A stretch of 64,000 nucleotides of DNA from contig JBPOIB010000005.1 in the NCBI GenBank assembly GCA_052034935.1, positions 16,357 through 80,356 on the forward strand. Reading direction: 5' to 3'. Shown here piece after piece: positions 18,203-25,705 of this stretch. Each line of letters begins with the position of its first letter. Position 1 is the stretch's first letter. This stretch comes from Candidatus Moraniibacteriota bacterium. GTDB taxonomy: Bacteria; Patescibacteriota; Minisyncoccia; Moranbacterales; UBA1568. The notes under the pieces were generated by a model. It did not search any database, had not been told where the DNA came from, and saw only the letters and a list, made by a program, of their open reading frames with translations. The position numbers were made by a program, and so were the translations under genes.

Positions 18203-18439
18203 ATGGTCAAAAGATTCATTTACTGGTTTGAGCTAAGAACGGGGATTTATCTTCATCCAAGATTTGTCGTTTCTATCGGGCTGCTTCTGATGGCGATTGT
18301 CATATTCCTGGTTGTGTCATTCTTTGCTCATAGCTATGCGGAAAGCGTGAAGACAATCGGTCCGACAACCGAAAAGGAACGGGCTGAATATGATGCCAAG
18401 ATGCGGGCAGGAATCCCTAATGGTTCGTTATCGCGCTAG
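18203..18439 (+). CDS. small membrane protein, hypothetical
   Basis: 78 aa with one long hydrophobic helix. Confidence 0.35.
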   Translation: MVKRFIYWFELRTGIYLHPRFVVSIGLLLMAIVIFLVVSFFAHSYAESVKTIGPTTEKERAEYDAKMRAGIPNGSLSR

Positions 18440-18518
18440 TGCTAGCGGGGGGGATACACGTAGCGAATACCCTTCCTTTGTCGAGCTCACCGCAAGTCTT
18501 GACAAAAAAATAAAAACC

Positions 18519-18568
18519 TGATTAGATAAGGTTTCTAATCAGTGGTGAGGGTTGTTTTTTTTATTCCG
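18519..18568 (+). terminator. Rho-independent terminator
   Basis: ctgattag-ataaggttt-ctaatcag stem, then a downstream run of Ts (ttttttttatt). Confidence 0.6.
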
Positions 18569-18614
18569 ACTACCCAAGTGCTGAAAATCAGTTTTCAGCG
18601 GAAATGCTAAAGAT

Positions 18615-19073
18615 ATGGATATATCCGCCCTGTTTAAGTTTCGCCAAGCTGTCCTCTATGGTATCATCGGCCTCTCGGCCGTGGTGGTCGACTATGCCCT
18701 CTTTTTCCTTCTCCACAATACCTTCCATTGGGAGGCTATCGCAGCAACAGCGGTGTCAGTTTTCATCGCGACCGTCTATGCCTTCCTGTTAAACGCCCGC
18801 CTCAATTTCCAGAAGTCAGACCAGCTCCTTCTTCGTTTCCTCTCTTATTTTGCAGTCAGCGGAATCGGCCTTGTTACCAGCATGGCCTGTCTTTTCCTTT
18901 TCAGCTATCAACTAGGTTTCGATTCCAACATCGTAAAAGCAATCTCGATTCCCTTCATTGTCGTGCTTCAATATGTGCTCAATGTTTTTATCTCTTTTTC
19001 TCAAACGGCATTTGAGGGAAAATCAACTGCTCACTCATCAGAAGTAAGCCACCAGCGAGAGCAATCCATATGA
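18615..19073 (+). CDS. GtrA-family membrane protein (polyprenol-linked sugar flippase-like)
   Basis: 152 aa, 4 TM. N-terminal ...FRQAVLYGIIGLSAVVVDYALFFLL is typical of GtrA/DUF2304-like proteins. Confidence 0.65.
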   Translation: MDISALFKFRQAVLYGIIGLSAVVVDYALFFLLHNTFHWEAIAATAVSVFIATVYAFLLNARLNFQKSDQLLLRFLSYFAVSGIGLVTSMACLFLFSYQLGFDSNIVKAISIPFIVVLQYVLNVFISFSQTAFEGKSTAHSSEVSHQREQSI

Positions 19074-20398
19074 ATCAGGACCAGAAAAAAAGTGTTGCCA
19101 TAATCGGTGGAGGATTCGCTGGCCTTTCGGCGGCGTATCACCTCAGCAAAGAGGGGATCCAAGTGACGCTCTATGAGCGCGAATCGACGCTCGGGGGTCT
19201 CGCTGGCGGGTTTTCTCTTCTTGGGATGCCGCTCGAGAAAGCGTATCATTTTTTCTACAAGACCGACCGTCATCTCCTCGGATTCGCCGAAGCACTCGGC
19301 ATCAAGGCAAAAGCGGCCTTCTACCAGAGCTCGGTTTCGACCTATTTCGATGGCAAACTTTATCCCTTCATGAGTGCTAAGGACCTGCTCTCGTTTTCCC
19401 CGCTGCCGTTCCTCGACCGGATCCGTTTCGGGGTAAGTGCGCTCTATCTCCAATTTCTGAAGGACTGGAAGCCGCTGTCGAAGATTACAGCGTACGAATG
19501 GCTCAAGAAATGGGCCGGTCCCAAGGTGACGGAAGTCATCTGGGAGCCGCTTCTCAAGGGGAAATTCAACAAGTACTACAAGGATATCGCCATGTCATGG
19601 CTTTGGCGCCGCATTCAGATCCGGGCAGTCTCCAAGGATAAGGGGGTTGAGATGCTCGGCTACTTCCACGGCGGATTCGTCGCCATCATCGACGCGGCCG
19701 CAGAAAAGATCAAATCTTTCGGCGGAACGATCATAACAAATCAGGGAATCGACCGGATTGAGTCAAGCGAAAAGGGTGCTGTGCTCGTCATAAACGGCGA
19801 GCGCCGAACGTATGATGCGGTGATTGCGACAGTCCCATCGCCTGCTTTCGCCCGCCTCATCGCGGGGAATACTGGAGCGAGCGAGGAGTATCTCGCAAAG
19901 CTCAAAAGTATCGATTATCTCGGCGCGGTCATTATGGTCTTCGCGACCGACCAGGAAATCAGCCCGTACTTCTGGCACAACATCAATGATTCGGAGATCC
20001 CTTTCCTCGTGCTTCTCTCGACCTCGGCGCTGACGGGGACCGAGGCGTTCAATGGCAAGCACATCTATTACATCGGAGCGTATGTTCCAGCTGAGCATCG
20101 CTATTTCTCCGAGTCTGAAACCGGTATCATGGCTGAATGGAAAGCGGGGCTGAAGAAGATGTTCGTCCATTTCGACGAGTCGAAGATTCTCGAGGAAAAA
20201 CTCTTCCGATTCAAGGATGCCCAGCATATCGTCGGAACCGACTATATCGACAAGATTCCGGCCTATGAATCACCGGTGAAAGATGTCTATCTTTCGAATT
20301 TCTCCCAGATTTTCCCGGATGACCGGGGAACGAACTATGCCATCGAGGAGGGAAAGAAAATCGCCTCGCTTGTCATGAAAAATATCCGCATTGAATAG
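19070..20398 (+). CDS. FAD/NAD(P)-binding oxidoreductase (amine-oxidase / PPO / phytoene-desaturase superfamily; UGM-like possible)
   Basis: N-terminal dinucleotide fold VAIIGGGFAGLSAAYHL...YERESTLGGLAGGF. Start overlaps the gtrA stop (ATGA). Confidence 0.7.
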   Translation: MNQDQKKSVAIIGGGFAGLSAAYHLSKEGIQVTLYERESTLGGLAGGFSLLGMPLEKAYHFFYKTDRHLLGFAEALGIKAKAAFYQSSVSTYFDGKLYPFMSAKDLLSFSPLPFLDRIRFGVSALYLQFLKDWKPLSKITAYEWLKKWAGPKVTEVIWEPLLKGKFNKYYKDIAMSWLWRRIQIRAVSKDKGVEMLGYFHGGFVAIIDAAAEKIKSFGGTIITNQGIDRIESSEKGAVLVINGERRTYDAVIATVPSPAFARLIAGNTGASEEYLAKLKSIDYLGAVIMVFATDQEISPYFWHNINDSEIPFLVLLSTSALTGTEAFNGKHIYYIGAYVPAEHRYFSESETGIMAEWKAGLKKMFVHFDESKILEEKLFRFKDAQHIVGTDYIDKIPAYESPVKDVYLSNFSQIFPDDRGTNYAIEEGKKIASLVMKNIRIE

Positions 20399-20402
20399 CG
20401 CT

Positions 20403-23261
20403 ATGCCTAAAGGAGTGATACTACTAAACAATATCGATCTTACGATACTTCTCCCCACTTACAATGAGGCGGCGAATGTCGCTCCTTTGCTGCGGGCAAT
20501 CGTGCAGGCGCTCAAAGAGGTTCCGGTTGCCTATGAAATTCTCTTCGTTGATGACAGCTCGGACATGACGCCGGATGTCATCCGGAGAATGCAGGAGCTG
20601 TATCCGAATCTGCGGTTGATTCACCGGTCTCCGGAAGAGAGAACTGGCCTCGCGACAGCACTCATCGAAGGATTTTCGGCGGCGCAAGGACAATATATTC
20701 TCTGCATGGACTCCGATCTTCAACATCCTCCCCAGGTCATCCCGAAGCTTTTGGAAAAGCTCAAGGAAAGTGATGCGGATATTGTGGTTGCGACCCGATA
20801 TGCGGGTGAGGGGAGCGCTGAGGGACTCGGAAGCCCCTACCGGCGTGCCGTGTCTCATCTCTGCCGATTCGCTTCATGGTGCCTTATTCCCCAGACTCGG
20901 AAGACAACGGATCCGGGGAGCGGCTTTTTCGTCTTTCGGAAGTCGATTGTCGGTCGGGTGAATTTCCGTGGTCTGCGCGGGTTCAAAATCCTTATTGATA
21001 TCCTCGCTCGTACCAAGAAGCTAGATGTTGCCGAAATCCCCTTCGTTTTCCTCAAACGGACGAATGATGAAAGCAAAGCGACCGTTGAGCAGGGATTCGC
21101 TTTCATTTTCCATCTCCTGACGCTCAAATACCTCGACTATTTCCCGACGAAGATTCCGAGACAGACAAAGAGTGTCGAGAGCGCGTCCCCTATCACACGA
21201 AAGCCTTTTGATTGGAAACACGCTTTGCCGGGCTGGATCGCCGATGGAATTATCGCCCTACTTGTCGGCTTTGTTGGCTGGTATCTCATCGGTTACTACG
21301 CCGCTTTCAACTATCTTTACACGGGCTACGAGGACTGGATCTATCACGCCTTCCGGGTGAAGTCGCTTCAGGATCACGGCATGGTGGCGTGGGACCATGT
21401 CTGGAGCAACGGCATCAGCTACTGGAAGCTTTACCAGTACGTGGCGCATTTCCTCATCCTCGGCGCGGTCAAATTGACCGGCTTGCCGATTACCAAAGTT
21501 CTCCTCTTGTCGCTGGTCGGCCTGTATATCGGTCTCCGGGTAGTCCTGTATTTTATCTTGCGTTCGCTCGGCGTGCAGCGCATTTTTGCTCTCTTGCCGG
21601 TCATCGCCTCGTATACCATCGTTCAAGAGTGGGGCTCGATGCAGGACTACTCGATCTACGTTGCGTTCATCGCGTTTCCGCTTTACCTTGTTCTCTGGAT
21701 CTTGACGTTCCGCGACCTCAAGTGGATCTATCTCTTAGCGGCGGTGACCGGCGCGGTCTGGACATTCCATCCGGTGCTTGGGTTTAATGCGACTATCCTC
21801 CTCGGTTTCCTTGCCCTGTTCTCGCGGCTGAAGACGGACTTTTCAAAGCTGGTACGCGTCGGTGCGGTCTACATATTTGCCTCTGCCCCGTTCTGGGTCT
21901 CCTACTTCACGGCGGGCTATTTCTTCACAAATCCGCTTTTCAAGTCCTACATCTATCTCTCGACATCGGTTCTGGCCCCGTACGCCGGGCTGAGCATGAT
22001 TTACTGGATTCTCCTCGGTATCTCATGGTTGCTTGTCATCTGGCGCTCCAATCTCGTCCCGACGTGGACTAAAGTACTCCTCGTCTACGCGTCATCCTAT
22101 CTCATTCTTATTTATCTCGGTCAGCAGAACTATCTTCCGAATTTCCTCGTCCAATTCCAGTTCTCTCGAGGACTGACCGCGGTTGCCTTTGCGCTTGTCT
22201 TTGTCTTCGGATCAGTATTGCAGCATACTCTCGGTCAAGCGCGGATGCAGGCGGTCCGTTTTATCGCAGTTGTGCTTATCGCGACAGCGACCGTTCATGC
22301 GGTCGACATCGCCTCGCGCTTCTATGTCTCACCGCCGGTGAACGAGATCCAGAACGCGGTCGCGACCTACTTCCAGGACCGCGAATTGCCGAAGGGGAGC
22401 GTCTTCACGGAGAATGTTTCTGAGGCGACGTATTTCGCTAAAGGTGGAATCCGGTACGTCACTTCATACAATGAGCACATGCAGCCGCATCCGTATTCGA
22501 CGCGTCTTCGTGTACTCATGCACAGCCGACTCGGGTATACGGGAATCTCGAAATCGCATATTACGAACGTGGAAAATTATGCGACCGTGCTCGGTATCGA
22601 GTACCTTTTTCTCCCGGCTAACTCGCCGCTGGTCAAAGGTCTGACTGAAAAAGAGAACGCCATGTTTGCTGTGATGGCGTACGTCGACAGCGAGCCTCTG
22701 ACGGATGCGATTGCTGTCCTTCGGAATACCAATCCGATAATTTCAGCGTTTGCTCTCGAGCGGTCGGATTTCCCGGACCGGCTCTGGAATGAGGAGCTCC
22801 CACTCCCCACGATCCATGTCGGATCGTACAAGCGTTGGGACGACCGGATTGCCGAGATGGCCGAGCTGATGCGCTCGGAGAAAATCGTTCCCCTCGAAAC
22901 CGAATTCATTCCGACGAATGAGTTGAGGCTTTCCGTGACCGATCCAGCCAAAGTCTTTCTGATCAAAGACCTGCTTGTTATTGTTAATCAGAGTTATGAT
23001 GCCCGATGGGCGGTTACCGATACGGAAGAGGGTGCTCCATCGATTACCCCGACGACCCTCCGTTTCATGGCCGTTGACCGAGGTGAAGGGCGGTTGTCGC
23101 TTCCGATCATGCTTCTCAACGAATGGCCATGGTGGTATTTTCCCGTCCAGGCATTTGGATTGGTGGCCATTCTCTTCACGCTGTTCTGGACCTTGAAGAC
23201 GAGCGGTTTCCCGAGACGATTCATGAAAATGCTCTCAGAGCGATACTATGCCAACAAATAA
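20403..23261 (+). CDS. fusion protein: N-terminal GT2 polyprenol-phosphate sugar synthase (DPM1/GtrB-like) + C-terminal ~13-TM GT-C-like domain
   Basis: LLPTYNEAANV...FVDDSSDMT...CMDSDLQHPP matches GT-A fold DxD motifs. Residues ~270-950 are polytopic with long loops. Confidence 0.7.
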   Translation: MPKGVILLNNIDLTILLPTYNEAANVAPLLRAIVQALKEVPVAYEILFVDDSSDMTPDVIRRMQELYPNLRLIHRSPEERTGLATALIEGFSAAQGQYILCMDSDLQHPPQVIPKLLEKLKESDADIVVATRYAGEGSAEGLGSPYRRAVSHLCRFASWCLIPQTRKTTDPGSGFFVFRKSIVGRVNFRGLRGFKILIDILARTKKLDVAEIPFVFLKRTNDESKATVEQGFAFIFHLLTLKYLDYFPTKIPRQTKSVESASPITRKPFDWKHALPGWIADGIIALLVGFVGWYLIGYYAAFNYLYTGYEDWIYHAFRVKSLQDHGMVAWDHVWSNGISYWKLYQYVAHFLILGAVKLTGLPITKVLLLSLVGLYIGLRVVLYFILRSLGVQRIFALLPVIASYTIVQEWGSMQDYSIYVAFIAFPLYLVLWILTFRDLKWIYLLAAVTGAVWTFHPVLGFNATILLGFLALFSRLKTDFSKLVRVGAVYIFASAPFWVSYFTAGYFFTNPLFKSYIYLSTSVLAPYAGLSMIYWILLGISWLLVIWRSNLVPTWTKVLLVYASSYLILIYLGQQNYLPNFLVQFQFSRGLTAVAFALVFVFGSVLQHTLGQARMQAVRFIAVVLIATATVHAVDIASRFYVSPPVNEIQNAVATYFQDRELPKGSVFTENVSEATYFAKGGIRYVTSYNEHMQPHPYSTRLRVLMHSRLGYTGISKSHITNVENYATVLGIEYLFLPANSPLVKGLTEKENAMFAVMAYVDSEPLTDAIAVLRNTNPIISAFALERSDFPDRLWNEELPLPTIHVGSYKRWDDRIAEMAELMRSEKIVPLETEFIPTNELRLSVTDPAKVFLIKDLLVIVNQSYDARWAVTDTEEGAPSITPTTLRFMAVDRGEGRLSLPIMLLNEWPWWYFPVQAFGLVAILFTLFWTLKTSGFPRRFMKMLSERYYANK

Positions 23262-24774
23262 CGCTTCCAAATCCGAACGCTACCTCGCTTCGACGCGGAT
23301 CGACAATCTGACGATTGTTTTCCTCCTGTCAGCGCCGTTTGTCGTGGTATTTTACGCCTCCTTCGTTTTCAATCCGGCGAACGCTGACCACCTCGTCCTC
23401 TATGCTTTCCAGGTGCTGGCTGATGCGATCAGTATCACGGTCTTGGCCGGACTCTGGGTGACCGTGCTTCTTGATGTGGTCGTGGAGTGGCATCATCGTC
23501 TCCGGAGAGTCTGGGATGCGGCTTTTCTCGAAACAGACAAACCGACCATCGACTGCATTGTGACCACTTTCAATGAGCCGATCGATGTCGTAGAGAAAAC
23601 CTTCAAAGCAGTACTCGCCATGGAGTATCCTCATTCGAGCTATGTCTTTGACGACGGCCAGTCAGCTGGGGTAGAAGCGCTCGCTAAGAAACTCGGCATC
23701 CAGTATGTGACCCGCAGTGACCGCAAGCATGCGAAAGCGGGGAATCTCAATAGCGGGCTCCAGAGCTGCACGGGCGATTTCTTTGCGGTCTTTGATGCTG
23801 ACCAGGTACCGAAATCGGATTTCATCACGACACTGCTTCCATATATGGCAAACAGCCGTGTCGCTATGGTGCAATCGCCTCAGCATTATGAGAATACTCA
23901 CCAATTCATTGCAGCCGGTGCAGCGCAGGCTCAAGAGGTCTTTTATCGCTACGTCTGTCCCTCCAAGAACATTTCGAACTCAGCCTTCTGCGTCGGGACA
24001 AACATGATTTTCCGGCGCTCGGCCATCAATCATATTGGTGGTATCGCCTTCAACAAGTCGGAAGACATTTGGACATCGCTTAAACTCCACGAGAGCGGTT
24101 GGCAGACGATTTTTGTGAACAAAGTTCTCGCGATCGGCCAGGCCCCGGCGACAGTCGTCTCCTACTTCAAACAGCAGCTCCGTTGGGCGAGAGGCGGTTT
24201 GGAGATGCTTTTCTTTCATAATCCGCTTCGTTCGAACAAGCTTCAGCTCGATCAGCGTATCCAGTACTTTATGTCGAACTCCTTTTTCCTCGTCGGGATT
24301 TCGATTACGGTCTATCTCCTTTTCCCGCTTCTCTATCTCCTTTTCTCCATCAAGCCACTCACGACCGAATCTCCCTTCACCTGGCTGATCCACTATGTCC
24401 CGTTCTTCCTGCTCTACTATTCGCTGACCTGGCTTCTGACGGGCCGCCTCTCGGTCTCAACACTTGCGACCGCACTGGCGACTTTCTTTCCGTACCTTCT
24501 CGCTCTGTTTTCGGTATTTTTCGACAAGGAACATGAATGGACGGCGACAACCTCAAAGAAAAGCTCTGAAGATTTCTTCATGAAATGGGCCTGGCCGCAT
24601 GTTTTCATCATCGTGCTTACTCCGCTCGCGCTCGTGGTCGGTTGGTATAATAACTACGACTTCTGGTCGGGGCTGTTCTACTCGATGTGGTCAGTGATCA
24701 ACATGCTTCTCCTCTACGTATTCATTACCGGAGAAAAACGTTCCGGTATTCGGGCAAAGACCACTGTTATCTAA
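23248..24774 (+). CDS. processive family-2 glycosyltransferase (cellulose/curdlan-synthase-like)
   Basis: TFNEP..., DDG, FDAD, TED-like, and QQLRWARG (QxxRW), with flanking TM helices. Confidence 0.75.
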   Translation: MPTNNASKSERYLASTRIDNLTIVFLLSAPFVVVFYASFVFNPANADHLVLYAFQVLADAISITVLAGLWVTVLLDVVVEWHHRLRRVWDAAFLETDKPTIDCIVTTFNEPIDVVEKTFKAVLAMEYPHSSYVFDDGQSAGVEALAKKLGIQYVTRSDRKHAKAGNLNSGLQSCTGDFFAVFDADQVPKSDFITTLLPYMANSRVAMVQSPQHYENTHQFIAAGAAQAQEVFYRYVCPSKNISNSAFCVGTNMIFRRSAINHIGGIAFNKSEDIWTSLKLHESGWQTIFVNKVLAIGQAPATVVSYFKQQLRWARGGLEMLFFHNPLRSNKLQLDQRIQYFMSNSFFLVGISITVYLLFPLLYLLFSIKPLTTESPFTWLIHYVPFFLLYYSLTWLLTGRLSVSTLATALATFFPYLLALFSVFFDKEHEWTATTSKKSSEDFFMKWAWPHVFIIVLTPLALVVGWYNNYDFWSGLFYSMWSVINMLLLYVFITGEKRSGIRAKTTVI

Positions 24775-24805
24775 GATCATCAACCAATCCCCTAATCATC
24801 CTCTT

Positions 24806-25705
24806 ATGGCCAAAGCAAACTCACAATCAATCAGAAGTTTTCTTGCGAATTCCGGCTATCTCATCCTCGTTTTTGTCTTTGCTTTTGCGATTGCGACTCA
24901 GGCGCTCATGCACAAGATTAATAATTATGAGCTGAATAAGAGTCTTATATTTCTGCTCGTGAAAAAGGAGCGAGTCGATGTATCGACGACAGTAAGCGGT
25001 CGTGTTGAAGAAATTCTTGTGCGCCCGGGAGTCCATGTGAACGAGGGAGATGTGCTGGTCCGTTTGAAAGACGACGGCCGTGAACTCAAGATTGCGGCGC
25101 TTCGCCCGGTGGCTCGCGAGAATCTTTCAGCTCGTACCGAACTAGAGCTGCTTTTATCTCAGGAAAATGAATACGAGCTCCGCGCCCCGCGGTCCGGTGT
25201 CGTAGAGTCGATCTTATCTACCAAGGGGACGACCGTCATCAACGGCGCAGTGGTGCTGATTGTGTATGCTGATGATGAGCTCGAGCTTGTCGGGACAATT
25301 CGACCAGAGCAGTATAATTTGATCGACAAACACCGAAGTATTAGTATCTTCAACCCGCGTCTCGGTCAAGCCTTCACGGCTTCATTCCAGGGGATTACTG
25401 GCGTACGGGATGATCTTCTGCCAGATGGTACGATTGCTCCAATACAGCAGCCGGGTGGTCAGTCGACAAACGACCAGCAGCCAGTGGAGATGTACGAGAT
25501 ACGCTTCGCTCTTAACGAAAAAGAAGAGGGCGCATCCTTTATTGAGGGCGAGCGGCTGGAGGTGATTTCTGAAAATGCCGACATCGAGCAGGAGAAGCCG
25601 ATTTATCGGCTCGCCAAGCTCTGGAACAGCCTCATCCTCGGAACGGACTTCGAATCGCTTCGGAAATATAATGAAGGAAAAAATGATTCTCAAGAATCGC
25701 AGTAA
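24806..25705 (+). CDS. HlyD/membrane-fusion-like protein (single N-terminal TM, lipoyl-like hairpins)
   Basis: VSGRVEEILVRPGVHVNEGDVLVRL and YELRAPRSGVVESI resemble the beta-barrel/lipoyl motifs of periplasmic adaptor proteins. Confidence 0.45.
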   Translation: MAKANSQSIRSFLANSGYLILVFVFAFAIATQALMHKINNYELNKSLIFLLVKKERVDVSTTVSGRVEEILVRPGVHVNEGDVLVRLKDDGRELKIAALRPVARENLSARTELELLLSQENEYELRAPRSGVVESILSTKGTTVINGAVVLIVYADDELELVGTIRPEQYNLIDKHRSISIFNPRLGQAFTASFQGITGVRDDLLPDGTIAPIQQPGGQSTNDQQPVEMYEIRFALNEKEEGASFIEGERLEVISENADIEQEKPIYRLAKLWNSLILGTDFESLRKYNEGKNDSQESQ

